Positions 36,491-47,323 of a stretch of DNA of 64,000 nucleotides are shown piece by piece. Below the pieces are notes generated by a model. The model worked only from the letters and a program-made list of their open reading frames with translations. It searched no databases and was not told the DNA's origin. Made by a program: the position numbers and the translations under genes. The stretch spans positions 545,494 to 609,493 of the forward strand of contig JAJYNN010000002.1 of assembly GCA_021786315.1 (NCBI GenBank), in the 5' to 3' direction. Origin of the DNA: a bacterium. GTDB taxonomy: Bacteria > Patescibacteriota > Microgenomatia > Daviesbacterales > UBA10151. Numbering within the stretch: position 1 is the first letter of the stretch; each line of letters opens with the position of its first letter.

Positions 36491-37816
36491 CTAGGATTCC
36501 AATTTTTCCTGCAAGACACGTCTTACAGTTTCTATATTCACTTTACCGCCGGTTTTTCTCATTACCCCACCAATTAAAGACTGGATAGCGTTTGTTTTGC
36601 CATTCTTGTAATCATCTACGGACTTCTCGTTTTCCATTAAGACTTCATCCACCACTTTTTCAATTTCCCCTTCATCTTCAACAACCCCTACTTTCCTATT
36701 GGCAATTTCTTCCACAACCTGTTTAGGCTTGACCTCATCAATATTTACCTTCCTGTTGATGATGTAATTAGCTATATCCGTTGGACTCACTCCTATATCC
36801 TTACCATCTTCAACTGTTTTTTCAAAATAGTTAGCCAACTCCTTGGAATCCACTAAAATCTGGGCATTGGCCTTAGAAATTCCATAATCCGAGATAAATC
36901 TTTTTACTTTCGCTTCCGGTAGTTCCGGCATACCAGACTCCAGACTCTTGACTCTAGACTCTTCCATTCTGATTTCCGGTAAATCCGGATCCGGAAAATA
37001 CCTGTAATCGTGCGCTTCCTCCTTGCTTCTTTGCAAAAATGTTTCTTTTTTGTTTTCATTCCAACCCCTGGTTTCCTGGGTTAATTTTTCACCTTTTTCC
37101 AAAGCCTCAATCTGCCTTTTAATTTCATATTCAATAGCTGCCACCATAAACCTAAATGAATTAATATTCTTCAATTCAATTCGATAGTTGGGCAATTCCG
37201 TTTCTCCAATCTTCCGAACCGACACATTTGCCTCCAACCGCATATCTCCCCGTTCCATATCAGCATTGGAAACCCCCAGGTACCTGAAAATCTGCTGAAG
37301 CTTCTTGGCATAATCTCGAACCTGGGAAGAATCATGAAAATCCGGTTCGCTGACTATTTCCACCAAGGGAACTGATGAACGGTTGAAATCAATTAGGGTT
37401 TGTCCATCGGTATGTGTCAGCTTTCCTGTATCCTCTTCCTGGTGGACCCGATTGATTCTGATTTTGGTGACATTGCCATCTTTATCCTCCACCTCTAACC
37501 AACCGTTTTTACAAAGCGGCCATCGGTATTGGGAAATCTGGTAACCTTTTGGTAAATCCGGATAGAAATAATTCTTCCTCTCAAACCGGGAGACATCAGC
37601 AATTTGGCAATTTAGGGCTAGACCAATTTTCATACAATCTTCAATAGCTTGTTCGTTGATATAGGGGAGCGATCCGGGAAGCCCCAAATTTGTCGGATCC
37701 GTACAGCTGTTTGGTTCTTTGCTAAAATAATCCGCCGAAGACCCCGAAAACATCTTCGACTTGGTGTTGAGTTCTACGTGTACCTCTAACCCAATAACTG
37801 GTTCGTATTGATTCAT
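36491..37816 (-). CDS. gatB: Asp/Glu-tRNA amidotransferase subunit B
   Basis: IGLEVHVEL, RKNYFYPD, EED.GK, RSKEEAHDYRYFPDPDLP. Confidence 0.97.
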   Translation of the reverse strand: MNQYEPVIGLEVHVELNTKSKMFSGSSADYFSKEPNSCTDPTNLGLPGSLPYINEQAIEDCMKIGLALNCQIADVSRFERKNYFYPDLPKGYQISQYRWPLCKNGWLEVEDKDGNVTKIRINRVHQEEDTGKLTHTDGQTLIDFNRSSVPLVEIVSEPDFHDSSQVRDYAKKLQQIFRYLGVSNADMERGDMRLEANVSVRKIGETELPNYRIELKNINSFRFMVAAIEYEIKRQIEALEKGEKLTQETRGWNENKKETFLQRSKEEAHDYRYFPDPDLPEIRMEESRVKSLESGMPELPEAKVKRFISDYGISKANAQILVDSKELANYFEKTVEDGKDIGVSPTDIANYIINRKVNIDEVKPKQVVEEIANRKVGVVEDEGEIEKVVDEVLMENEKSVDDYKNGKTNAIQSLIGGVMRKTGGKVNIETVRRVLQEKLES

Positions 37817-37939
37817 TCCGCCTAGTCTAAATAATTTTCAATTTTAAATTCAAAATTTTCAATTAATTTTCAATGCCTTAATTTTTAAAAATTTAAACAT
37901 TGGATCATTTATTAAAAATTAAAAATTAGAAATTAGAAA

Positions 37940-39313
37940 TTAAGCCTCCTTTCCTAAATCTGGTTTTTTATTATGCCAATCAGTTGATTGTTCATAAATT
38001 TCCCCTATATTTAAAATTGTCTCTTCATCCAAATATTTACCTAAAATCTGCAAACCTACCGGCAGACCATCGGAAAATCCGCAGGGAACTGACAACCCAG
38101 GGATTCCAGCGAGCGATGCCGGGATTGTATAGACATCAGATAGATACATAGTTAAAGGATCTTCAATCTTTTCTCCCAAATTCCAGGCTACTGTCGGAGA
38201 AACCGGACCCACAATCACCTCACATTTTTCAAATGCTTTTTCAAAATCCTGTTTAATCAAGGTTCGAACTTCGGCAGCTTTGGCAAAATAATCATCGTAG
38301 TATCCGGTAGAGAGAGCAAAAGTTCCGAGCATTATTCTTCTTTTAACCTCCGGGCCAAAGTCTTCCCGCCCTGATCCAAACCTAATACCGTCAAATTTGG
38401 CCATATTGGAAGAAACCTCAGAAGACATAATAATGTAATAGGCAGCCACGGCATATTCAGTGTGAGGCAAGCTCACTTCGACAATTTCCGCTCCCAATTC
38501 TTCTAACTTTTTAATAGCTTCACGGATAACCTTCTCTACCCCTTTATCCAATCCCTTACCAAAATATTCTCTCGGCACCCCAACCCTTACTCCCGCAAGG
38601 CATCCCCTTGCGGCGCAAGGCGTCACCTTGCACGAAGCTGGATCAACACAATTTGAGTCCTTTCCATCTGGCCCGGAAATCCATTCTAAAACTAACCTGG
38701 CATCTGCCACTGATTTTGTTATCGGGCCAATTTGGTCCAAAGATGAGGCCATAGCAATTGCCCCATACCTGGGCACCCTTCCATAACTCGGTTTAAGCCC
38801 GACCACTCCACAAAGTGAGGCTGGTTGGCGGATTGAGCCACCGGTATCGGTTCCCAAAGCAAAAGTACAAAGGTCTGCCGCTACCGCTGCCGCTGATCCG
38901 CTGGAAGATCCGCCGGGTACTTTTGTCTCATTCCAAGGGTTTTTCGTTGGACCATAGGCTGAATTCTCGCCCGATGAACCCATGGCAAACTCGTCCAAAT
39001 TTGTTTTTCCGATTATCCCAATCCCCTTTTCTTTGAGGCGGTCAATTACTGTTGCACTATAAGGAGGAACGAAATTACTCAATATTTTTGATCCCGCAGT
39101 AGTCCTAATATTTTGAGTACAAATTATATCCTTTATTGCTGCAGGCATATTTTGGGGATTTTTTTTAATTTCCAGAAAAATATTTAGCCTCGGATTTATT
39201 TTTTCAATTCTTTCGAGGTAAGCCTTATTTAATTCCTCCGATGAGAATTTCTTTTCCTCTAAAGCTTTTAAGGTTTCTATCAGTGTTAATCCGGTAATAT
39301 CATTCATTCTCAA
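37940..39313 (-). CDS. gatA: Asp/Glu-tRNA amidotransferase subunit A
   Basis: [32 protein letters not shown]. Confidence 0.97.
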   Translation of the reverse strand: MRMNDITGLTLIETLKALEEKKFSSEELNKAYLERIEKINPRLNIFLEIKKNPQNMPAAIKDIICTQNIRTTAGSKILSNFVPPYSATVIDRLKEKGIGIIGKTNLDEFAMGSSGENSAYGPTKNPWNETKVPGGSSSGSAAAVAADLCTFALGTDTGGSIRQPASLCGVVGLKPSYGRVPRYGAIAMASSLDQIGPITKSVADARLVLEWISGPDGKDSNCVDPASCKVTPCAARGCLAGVRVGVPREYFGKGLDKGVEKVIREAIKKLEELGAEIVEVSLPHTEYAVAAYYIIMSSEVSSNMAKFDGIRFGSGREDFGPEVKRRIMLGTFALSTGYYDDYFAKAAEVRTLIKQDFEKAFEKCEVIVGPVSPTVAWNLGEKIEDPLTMYLSDVYTIPASLAGIPGLSVPCGFSDGLPVGLQILGKYLDEETILNIGEIYEQSTDWHNKKPDLGKEA

Positions 39314-39593
39314 AAACTCCCTTCGTTACAAAAAAGTGGTTATTTTTAGAAGAGGCATTCTGCAATGCAGCATCCTGGGTCAAGTTTTTAGTTACTTCAT
39401 CCTTCTTCATAACGTTGAATGATCCGGTAACATTAAATGTCGGTTCAACTCCCTCAGTTCCAACCTTATTTAGCTGGTCAATATAATCCAAAATTCGGGA
39501 AATTTGTTCTGCGTAAACTTCAATTTGCTCTTCAGTTAAGGGTAATTTTGCTAATTTAGCCGTGTGTTTGACCTGATCGGATGTAAGCTTCAT
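39300..39593 (-). CDS. gatC: Asp/Glu-tRNA amidotransferase subunit C
   Basis: [23 protein letters not shown]; upstream of gatA. Confidence 0.93.
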   Translation of the reverse strand: MKLTSDQVKHTAKLAKLPLTEEQIEVYAEQISRILDYIDQLNKVGTEGVEPTFNVTGSFNVMKKDEVTKNLTQDAALQNASSKNNHFFVTKGVFENE

Positions 39594-39637
39594 AAAAGGA
39601 TTATACTTGATACTCGGGTTCGTGTTAATATCAATTC

Positions 39638-40093
39638 ATGAGGAGAGTCACTCTCTGCCTTTTAGTTAAAGAAAACCATGTACTTCTAGCCATGAAAAAA
39701 CGCGGATTTGGACAGGGGCTTTGGAATGGAGTCGGAGGAAAACTAAACGAAGGCGAGACCATAAAACAAGCAGCGATCCGCGAAACCCGAGAAGAAATTA
39801 ACATCATCCCCAGGGAACTAGAGAAAGTTGCAACTGTCGATTTTCTCTTTTCAGACAAACCCGAATGGAACCAACAGATGGTGGTTTTTAAGTGTACAAA
39901 ATGGGAGGGTAAGCCCCAGGAATCAGAAGAGATGAAACCACGATGGTTTAAAGTTGATAGGATCCCGCTCAAAAAAATGTGGGAAGCCGATACCCACTGG
40001 CTGCCCAAAGTTTTATCAGGAATTTCGATAAGAGCTAAATTTATTTATACAGCTGACCAAAAGCTACAAAAATCAAAGCTTGTAGAAATCTAG
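39638..40093 (+). CDS. NUDIX hydrolase (MTH1/MutT-like)
   Basis: GGK.NEGE....AIRETREE Nudix box; MW.AD..W. Confidence 0.92.
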   Translation: MRRVTLCLLVKENHVLLAMKKRGFGQGLWNGVGGKLNEGETIKQAAIRETREEINIIPRELEKVATVDFLFSDKPEWNQQMVVFKCTKWEGKPQESEEMKPRWFKVDRIPLKKMWEADTHWLPKVLSGISIRAKFIYTADQKLQKSKLVEI

Positions 40094-40163
40094 AGTTAAT
40101 TACTAGATTCATATCTCTCTCTTACAGTTTCCTTACTTTAGAAATTTAAACTATTACCTTGTA

Positions 40164-40367
40164 GTGAGAGAAACCCAAGATAATAATCTAGCTAAAACTA
40201 AAGAGGAAGGGAAAACAGAAAAAACCTTAACTCCATACACATTATTCTTTTGCGTGGAAGAAAGATATCTCCAGGAAAGTTGGATCGGCAACCCTGATGT
40301 AACTGCAGCTTGCTTATTATCGCCGGAAAAACCCCAAAAACCTAAGAGGAAAAAATTAACTTCTTAA
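40164..40367 (+). CDS. small hypothetical protein
   Basis: Fills the intergenic gap; no motif. Confidence 0.35.
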   Translation: MRETQDNNLAKTKEEGKTEKTLTPYTLFFCVEERYLQESWIGNPDVTAACLLSPEKPQKPKRKKLTS

Positions 40368-41300
40368 GTAACTTTTTAATTTCTCCAAAGAATCCCAATC
40401 ATGAATAGAAACAGTCAAAACTTGTTTTTTGAGTGTCTTAAGCTTCTTGACCTTTTCTTCAACTTGCTTTTTATCCATCAAATCCGTCTTGGTTAAGAGA
40501 ATTATTTCTTTTTTCTTTAAAAGTTCCGGGTTAAACTTTTTCATCTCCCCTTGTACGGTTTTGTAGTCACCTAAAACATCTTCAGATTCCGAAGGAATAC
40601 AATGGATCAATAAGTTAACCTTTTCAATATGTTTCAAAAACTTAATCCCCAAGCCCTTCCCTTCAGCTGCTCCTTCAATTAAACCCGGGATATCAGCAAT
40701 AACCTTGCCATCGAATACACCTAAATTAGGTTCTAAGGTGGTAAAAGGGTAAGCTGCAGTTTTAACACTGGCGGCAGTAAGCTCGTTCAATAAACTGCTT
40801 TTGCCGGCATTAGGCAAACCAATCAGACCAAAATCAGCAATCAACCGCAAAATTACTTTGAAATGTTTTTCTTCGCCCGGTAAGCCTTTTTGGGCAAACT
40901 TAGGTGTGGTTCTTCGGGAAGATTTAAATTCAGCATTTCCTTTCCCCCCTAATCCGCCTTTACAAACCAGTAAGACCTGATCCGACTCAGCAAGCTCAAA
41001 TTGCTCACCAGTATTTACTTCTGTGAATAACGAGCCAACAGGAAAGGTATAGGTTGCATCTTTGCCGTCTTTGCCAAACTTTAAAAAACTACCGCCCATT
41101 TCCCCATTCTCCGCCTCTATCATTTTTTTATTGGCGTATTGATTTAGAGCAGTGATATCCGAAGTGGCCTTAACGTACAAATCTCCACCACGACCACCAT
41201 TGCCTCCATCTGGGCCAGCCTTTTCTTTGGGATAAAAGGAAACTTTTCCAACTCCCCCATGTCCAGCTCTTAAAGTAATGTTTACTTCATCAATTAGCAT
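40356..41300 (-). CDS. obg: GTPase Obg/CgtA (no C-terminal extension)
   Basis: GPDGGNGGRGG, GLPNAGKSS, YPFTT, DIPGLIEGA, TKTD. Confidence 0.96.
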   Translation of the reverse strand: MLIDEVNITLRAGHGGVGKVSFYPKEKAGPDGGNGGRGGDLYVKATSDITALNQYANKKMIEAENGEMGGSFLKFGKDGKDATYTFPVGSLFTEVNTGEQFELAESDQVLLVCKGGLGGKGNAEFKSSRRTTPKFAQKGLPGEEKHFKVILRLIADFGLIGLPNAGKSSLLNELTAASVKTAAYPFTTLEPNLGVFDGKVIADIPGLIEGAAEGKGLGIKFLKHIEKVNLLIHCIPSESEDVLGDYKTVQGEMKKFNPELLKKKEIILLTKTDLMDKKQVEEKVKKLKTLKKQVLTVSIHDWDSLEKLKSYLRS

Positions 41301-41392
41301 ATTTCTCCTACAATTTACTAAGCTAGTATAGCATAAAAATCATTCAAAGACCTATAGTTTACTTTTCCAAAAAATTTTACTATAATTCGAAG

Positions 41393-41974
41393 ATGTGTCT
41401 AGAGAAAGCAATACAACTTTATCCTCTCCCCAGAGAGTTATACAAACCCTACATTCGCGTAGGAATCCAACCACCACTTGATATTAATAGGGTCACTTCA
41501 GAATTTATTTTCGGTGACAGAAGACAAGTTGTCCTTAAAACTCCAGTTACTGGAGACGGAAGCTTAATTCTCTCATATTCTAAAAACGGTAAAACAAAGG
41601 AGGGTGGCGTAGTCAGCCTAAAAGAAAATAATTCCGACTTGCTAGTTCTGCAAGTCCAGGGAGCAACTTCAGGGATATCTTATCGTTTGCTTACAGGACT
41701 GCGTTGGGAATCATTTGCAGCCGATCAAATCAGGCGAATCGGCTGTTTTTTAGCAAAACATGGATCCATAGATAGAATTGCCGTTCCTTTCTTTATTGAA
41801 GGTATTGACAGTGCGAAATCAGAGAATGCTTATCACAAATACCAGATAGTTGCAGCCAGACTCGGATTAAAACCTTCGACAGAAGAGAAAATGTTTGTCG
41901 GGGAAATAGATGAGGTAATAAAACAGTGCCCTAACTGTTGCTTAAATTGCCTTCCATCTGGTGAAGGGCTTTGA
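41393..41974 (+). CDS. hypothetical protein
   Basis: 193-aa ORF; TATAAT 6 nt before ATG. Confidence 0.6.
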   Translation: MCLEKAIQLYPLPRELYKPYIRVGIQPPLDINRVTSEFIFGDRRQVVLKTPVTGDGSLILSYSKNGKTKEGGVVSLKENNSDLLVLQVQGATSGISYRLLTGLRWESFAADQIRRIGCFLAKHGSIDRIAVPFFIEGIDSAKSENAYHKYQIVAARLGLKPSTEEKMFVGEIDEVIKQCPNCCLNCLPSGEGL

Positions 41975-42866
41975 TCCTATCCTGAATTGAGGGATGGGTA
42001 TTGAAAAGTCCGGTTAGCCAACTGCCGGCTTCTTTGCCTTTTAAGGGATTCACTATGTACATATGGGCTGTGCCTGAAGTGGCTGATCGTACAGGTTGAG
42101 GATCTGAAGAAATTTTAAGTAATGCATTTTCCAAACCCTGAGGATATCTTGTTAAAATCACCCCAGAAGCATCTGCCAAAAACTCTCTCCTTCGGGAAAT
42201 GGCCAGTTGGATCAAAGTAGCCACAATCGGCGCCAAAATGGCCGCCACAAGGGCCAAGATGGCAAAAATGGAGTTATTCCCCTCCCGGTCACGGTCTCTT
42301 CCCCCAAACCACATTGACCTTAGGAAAATATCTGCAAGTATTGCAATCGTTCCCACCAAAACTGCAACCACTGCCATAAGTAATGTATCCCTATTCCCCA
42401 CATGAGACAGTTCATGGGCAGTTACCCCTTCCAACTCTTGTTTGTTTAACCTTTCCAATAGGCCTGATGTATAGGCAATAGCTGCATGTTTCGGATCACG
42501 TCCGGTGGCAAATGCATTGGGAGCACTATCATCAATCACATAAATTTTAGGAGTTGGCAATCCCGCCGCAATACAAAGATTTTCCACTAAATGATACAGC
42601 TCCTTGTTTTGGTCGTGTTTTAATTCTTTGGCTCCGGAAATCCCCAATACAATCCTGTCGGAGTAGTAATAAGAGACAACATTCATTATTCCGGCAATGA
42701 TTAAAGCAAGGCCGACAATCCCCAACCCCCCAATGTTTCCATACCCTAAACCTCGGGCAAGCACATAAACCACTGCCGTCACAAAAATTGTAAAGAAAAT
42801 AAAAATTAACCAGGTTTTGAGGATATTGCCGGAAACCTGATCCCACGCAGTATTAACTTTAGCCAT
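41931..42866 (-). CDS. htpX: M48 zinc metalloprotease HtpX
   Basis: PNAFATG, HELSH, ISRRREFLADA, THP. Confidence 0.95.
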   Translation of the reverse strand: MAKVNTAWDQVSGNILKTWLIFIFFTIFVTAVVYVLARGLGYGNIGGLGIVGLALIIAGIMNVVSYYYSDRIVLGISGAKELKHDQNKELYHLVENLCIAAGLPTPKIYVIDDSAPNAFATGRDPKHAAIAYTSGLLERLNKQELEGVTAHELSHVGNRDTLLMAVVAVLVGTIAILADIFLRSMWFGGRDRDREGNNSIFAILALVAAILAPIVATLIQLAISRRREFLADASGVILTRYPQGLENALLKISSDPQPVRSATSGTAHMYIVNPLKGKEAGSWLTGLFNTHPSIQDRIKALHQMEGNLSNS

Positions 42867-42871
42867 AGGAG

Positions 42872-43420
42872 TTAGAACTTTACTTTAATGTCAGCCTTTT
42901 CTTCGTCGGTTGCCTGAAAGAAATCAGCCTTCTGAAAATTAAATAAATTAGCGATCAAAGCAGAAGGAAAAGTTTCAATTGAATTGTTTAAATCCAAAAC
43001 GTTGGTGTTATAAAACTGTCTGGCAGCAGCCACTTTAGTTTCAGTATCAGAAATTTCCTCTTGTAATTCCTTAAAGTTTTCCGAAGCTCTAAGTTGAGGA
43101 TAATTCTCAGCTACCGCAAACAAGCTCTTTAAAGCCCCGGAAAGCTGGTTATTTGCCGCTGCAGCCTCCTGTGGCCCCTTAGCACCCAACAAAGCACTTC
43201 TAGCCTTGGTAACGTTTTCAAAAACTTCTTTTTCGTGCTTAGCATACCCCTTTACAGTTTCTACTAAGTTGGGAATCAATGAGGATCTTCTTTTAAGCTG
43301 GACATCAATTTGTGACCAGGCTTCCCGAACACGATTCCTTAATGTTACCAGGCTGTTATAGGTGGCAAGCAGCCAAAGAAGGATAACAAAAATGATTCCA
43401 GCCAGAATATACAGAGCCAT
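42872..43420 (-). CDS. lemA: LemA family protein
   Basis: [32 protein letters not shown]. Confidence 0.95.
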   Translation of the reverse strand: MALYILAGIIFVILLWLLATYNSLVTLRNRVREAWSQIDVQLKRRSSLIPNLVETVKGYAKHEKEVFENVTKARSALLGAKGPQEAAAANNQLSGALKSLFAVAENYPQLRASENFKELQEEISDTETKVAAARQFYNTNVLDLNNSIETFPSALIANLFNFQKADFFQATDEEKADIKVKF

Positions 43421-43426
43421 AACTTC

Positions 43427-45169
43427 TTATATCTTAATCCATTCTAACACTTTTGTTAAGCTCCAGCTGTTAATAATATCATTCTTTGTCAGCCATCCCC
43501 TTTTAGCAACTGCTACCCCAAATTTCATCTGGTTCATATCTGAGGCTTTATGGGAGTCAGTGTCAATGACAAATTTTACCCCAATTGCCTTTGCCATCCG
43601 CACCAACATATCCGGTAAATCTAATCTGTCAGGATAAGCATTAATTTCTAAAGCTTTCTGGTTTTCAGCAGCAAACTTAAAAATCCTCTCCCAATCCGCC
43701 TCGGACGATTCGCGCCTGTTGATCAACCTATTTGTGGGATGCCCCAAAACTTTAACATAAGGATTTTCTAAAGCTTTAAGTATTCTCTTGGTCATCTCTT
43801 CCCGGGGTAGAGAGTGTTGACTATGAACAGAAGCAATGGCAAAATCTAAAAGTTTTAAACCCTCGTCAGGCACTGATAAGCTGCCATCTGGCTGAATATC
43901 TACTTCGAGTAAATTTAGTACTCGAACACTTTTATTGTTCGAGGAATTATATTTATCAATTACTTCTTTATGCTTCTGGATAAGATGGATGATCTGTTCC
44001 GAGGAATGGTTAGAAATACTGGGAGAGTGGTCAGAAATCCCGATATATTCATACCCTAGCTTCTTCCCCTCTTCAGCGATTTCTGTGATCGAACTTGATC
44101 CCAAGTCATGCGACGGCTCAATAGGGAAATTATCATGCAGATGAAAATCACCTTTAATATCTTCTATCCCCACTAAATCAGGTAAGGTATCTTTTACGGC
44201 TGCTTCTATTTCGCCAGTATCCTCCCGAATCTCCGGCGGTGGCATTTTCATCCCTAATAGTCTATAGAACTCTTCTTCAGTTGGGGTTTTTACCACCTTC
44301 CCGGTTTTAACATCCTTCACTCCATATTCCGAAAGCGATAATCCTTTGTGTTCGGCCAAAGTCCGAAGATGGATATTGTGGGATTTAGAACCTGTGAAGT
44401 GCTGAAGCAAGGCACCGTAAGAATCAGGGTCAGCAATTAAAAAATCCAATTCCAAACCAGAGGATAAGCGCACATCAACTTTGCTTTCACCCTTACCTAA
44501 GACTTCATTTACCCCAGGCATCCGGATAATGTATTCCACAACTTCCTTGGGTTTTTTGGAAGCTACAGCAAAATCCAAATCCCCTACAGTCGCCACCATC
44601 CTTCTTAAACTCCCTAAAACATCTGCATGAATAATATCCGGGTTGGGCTTTAAGTAGTCCAAAACCTTTTCCGCCTGGGTGTAGGCATAAGGAAGCAACA
44701 TCCTCCCGCTCTGTGTCTTCTTAATGCCTTCCAACCCCCCAAGAACTTTATCGGCAATCTTTTCCGAAAGGCCTTTTTTAACCAAAAGTCCTGATTGAAG
44801 CTTATCTTGTAAATCTCCAACATCCTTTGCTCCCAGTTCGGCAAGTTTTAAGGCAGTTTTGGGACCCACTCCGGGAACATCTAAAAATTCAAAGGTTGCC
44901 TCAGGAATACCTCTTTTCAGATCTTCCCAATGTTTAACTTTTCCGATTTTAAAAAGCTCCTCCAAATGGGCTTGGATACTCTCCCCAACACCCGGAACCT
45001 GACCCAACTTCCCTTCTTCCCGAAGATCCTTTATCTCCGAAGTCGAATGTTCAATAGACGTAGCCGCATTTTCATAAGCCCGTATCTGGAAAACGCTGGC
45101 TTTTTTGAGGATTAATGCCGCTGCAACTTCGCGAAGGCTTTTGGCAACCGCCGCATTGGTCCATGTCAT
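43427..45169 (-). CDS. polX: DNA polymerase X / PHP
   Basis: GVGPKTA, GSLRR...GDLD, HFTGS, PPEIRE, H.H, SDHS, GHPT.R, TDSH. Confidence 0.93.
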   Translation of the reverse strand: MTWTNAAVAKSLREVAAALILKKASVFQIRAYENAATSIEHSTSEIKDLREEGKLGQVPGVGESIQAHLEELFKIGKVKHWEDLKRGIPEATFEFLDVPGVGPKTALKLAELGAKDVGDLQDKLQSGLLVKKGLSEKIADKVLGGLEGIKKTQSGRMLLPYAYTQAEKVLDYLKPNPDIIHADVLGSLRRMVATVGDLDFAVASKKPKEVVEYIIRMPGVNEVLGKGESKVDVRLSSGLELDFLIADPDSYGALLQHFTGSKSHNIHLRTLAEHKGLSLSEYGVKDVKTGKVVKTPTEEEFYRLLGMKMPPPEIREDTGEIEAAVKDTLPDLVGIEDIKGDFHLHDNFPIEPSHDLGSSSITEIAEEGKKLGYEYIGISDHSPSISNHSSEQIIHLIQKHKEVIDKYNSSNNKSVRVLNLLEVDIQPDGSLSVPDEGLKLLDFAIASVHSQHSLPREEMTKRILKALENPYVKVLGHPTNRLINRRESSEADWERIFKFAAENQKALEINAYPDRLDLPDMLVRMAKAIGVKFVIDTDSHKASDMNQMKFGVAVAKRGWLTKNDIINSWSLTKVLEWIKI

Positions 45170-45188
45170 GAAATTAATATAACATAAA

Positions 45189-46127
45189 TTAAAACACTGC
45201 CATGGGAGCCAGGTGGTCTGAAATATATATTTTCTCTCCTTTTACCATTTTCGGACGGGTTCCCATCAGCATAACTCTTTTAGGGATCAAATCCGCGCAA
45301 CCCCAAATATAATCCATCCATCTTTGCAGTACACTGTAACTGGGAACGTTCTGCAGTTCTCTGGCATGGATATCATAAAACCACCTTAAATCAGGTGGCC
45401 ATGTGTGGCTGAGCCTCCTTTTAATCGGAGAACGGAAGAAGGGGAATTGCCGCCCAATCGGCGGTTCAAAAACATAACGGTATTTGCGGTTTAAGGACCT
45501 CGTCCAATCGATCAACCCCGCCTGTTCAAATTCCCGGTAGAGATTGGTAAAAATATCCGCATTTAAATCCCCAACAAGAAGCATATTGGTGAAGGATCGG
45601 AGCTGGTAAATTGAGCTGCCCAACAACTCTTCTCTAATTCCCCCGGATAACTGCAGTCCTTCCACAATAAAATCCCTAAAAATCCTTAAACACTCAAGAC
45701 CCTCCTGGATTTGGGTCCTTTCATGAAAATCCAGATGGGTATTGGCAAAAACCAAAGGCTGATTCTCATGGCGAAGCTCCATTAATGCCACCCCCCTTTG
45801 GTAATCAGAACGCCTAGTTGAGGAGAAAATTTTGACTCCCGACCTGATTACATCCAAATTGGTAACTATGGCCAAACCGTATTTTCCGGGCACAGATATA
45901 GGAAAAAAGAAGACTTCTTCGGGATTAAAGTGTAGCTCTGTCTCCAAATCCTTTAAAAAGTTGGTCTTACGGATATTTACTTCCTGCAAGGCCAAAATTA
46001 TCCCCCTTTGATTCCCACCATGAAAACCATGATGTCTTAAAACCTCATATATATAATCCCTTCTTTTCTCCCAAATGAAGTCTTCCCATAAATTTAAGGT
46101 GCCAACCAGAAGTTCCTTCTCTGCCAT
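45189..46127 (-). CDS. endonuclease/exonuclease/phosphatase (EEP) family protein
   Basis: TLN, LQEV, NTHL, GDLN, DYIW, SDH. Confidence 0.88.
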   Translation of the reverse strand: MAEKELLVGTLNLWEDFIWEKRRDYIYEVLRHHGFHGGNQRGIILALQEVNIRKTNFLKDLETELHFNPEEVFFFPISVPGKYGLAIVTNLDVIRSGVKIFSSTRRSDYQRGVALMELRHENQPLVFANTHLDFHERTQIQEGLECLRIFRDFIVEGLQLSGGIREELLGSSIYQLRSFTNMLLVGDLNADIFTNLYREFEQAGLIDWTRSLNRKYRYVFEPPIGRQFPFFRSPIKRRLSHTWPPDLRWFYDIHARELQNVPSYSVLQRWMDYIWGCADLIPKRVMLMGTRPKMVKGEKIYISDHLAPMAVF

Positions 46128-46171
46128 AACAGTACATTATGGTTTTTTTACTTAAGAAAGAGGTGAAGATT

Positions 46172-47041
46172 ATGCAAGAATACTATTTACTAAAGGCTGT
46201 CAATAAAATTACTCCTTTCTTAACGGCGTTTGCGATACTAGACATTATGTTGGTGGCTGACGGCTGTGAGGTTATAAAGGGTAATATTGATCCAATTGTG
46301 ATTGCCGAAGAATTTGTAATCCAAGAATTAATCAAGATGTTTCCCAAAGAGACAGAACAGTTTTACGACATCATCCGATTTTATGTCCGTGATTTTAAGA
46401 ACGTTTATTCTGAACACCGGCTTTGGAAATTTTTGGCAGGGTTATCCAATGAATATATGTTCAAAAGCGTTTATCAAATCTTAAGGGGTGATCAATATTA
46501 TTGGAATCTGGAATCTATTCCTCTAAAAGATTTAAGGGTAAAAATGCTTTCTGGGAAAATCGACAAAATTTTAAGAAGTGTCGATTTCCGGGCAGATAAA
46601 GCCGGGGAAATCTTACAAAAGTTGGACCCCAAAGAGAGGAATGAGCTTATTGAGCCATTTAAGCTGAGTGAGGATAACTATCCAATCTTGGTAGTGCAAG
46701 AAGGCAATGAGCTAGTTGTTCATGACGGGAATAGGAGGACAATGGATGCGGCTATTTATGGCATGCCGGCTATCAAGGGATATGTGGGAAGACTAAAGAA
46801 TCCTCCTGGAAAACCAGCTATTTCAGAGGGATTTATTATCTTACTGTTTCATTTATTTAAGGATGTTGATGATTTGGATGATACCTTGGTTGAAGCTTTA
46901 TGTAGGATATTAATTGATGTCAAAAAAACTTATAAAGATGCTCCTGAATTAATTGATATGTATATCCCCCGGACTTTTGAGGTATTAAAAAATAGCAAAC
47001 AAAGAGAAATGCTGGAAAAAGTTTTAAAGGAAAAAGGTTAG
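46172..47041 (+). CDS. ParB/Srx-like domain protein
   Basis: YPILVV..LVVHDGNRR..A...G motif; start uncertain. Confidence 0.6.
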   Translation: MQEYYLLKAVNKITPFLTAFAILDIMLVADGCEVIKGNIDPIVIAEEFVIQELIKMFPKETEQFYDIIRFYVRDFKNVYSEHRLWKFLAGLSNEYMFKSVYQILRGDQYYWNLESIPLKDLRVKMLSGKIDKILRSVDFRADKAGEILQKLDPKERNELIEPFKLSEDNYPILVVQEGNELVVHDGNRRTMDAAIYGMPAIKGYVGRLKNPPGKPAISEGFIILLFHLFKDVDDLDDTLVEALCRILIDVKKTYKDAPELIDMYIPRTFEVLKNSKQREMLEKVLKEKG

Positions 47042-47044
47042 CTT

Positions 47045-47211
47045 GCGGGACCGACGGGACTAAGACCACCTTTTTGTTCTTCGAACAAAAACGATCTTGT
47101 CTTCTCGCTTCGCTCGAAGATCGAACCAACTTAGAACTTCGTTCTGCGTATATTTCTCTCCCAAGCAATCAGCCAATAAAAAAGTCCCCATAAAGGGGAC
47201 TACTTTTTTGT
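47045..47211 (-). repeat. structured unit ending in a copy of the tRNA-Asp 3' end
   Basis: gcgggaccgacgggact at 47045-47061 equals 47214-47230; terminator stem 47178-47210 and hairpin modules lie between. Confidence 0.85.
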
Positions 47212-47288
47212 TGGCGGGACCGACGGGACTCGAACCCGCGACCTCTTCCGTGACAGGGAAGCGCTCTAACCAACTGAGCTACGATCCC
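47212..47288 (-). tRNA. tRNA-Asp(GTC)
   Basis: GGGATCG/CGGTCCC, loop CTGTCAC, encoded CCA. Confidence 0.96.
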
Positions 47289-47323
47289 AAGCCAAGATAT
47301 TTTATCAAAGCTAGAGCCTAGGG

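Noticed and set aside
43904-43942. Two short palindromes within polX
   Set aside because: They encode plausible PHP-domain sequence and match no other repeat here; may be chance.
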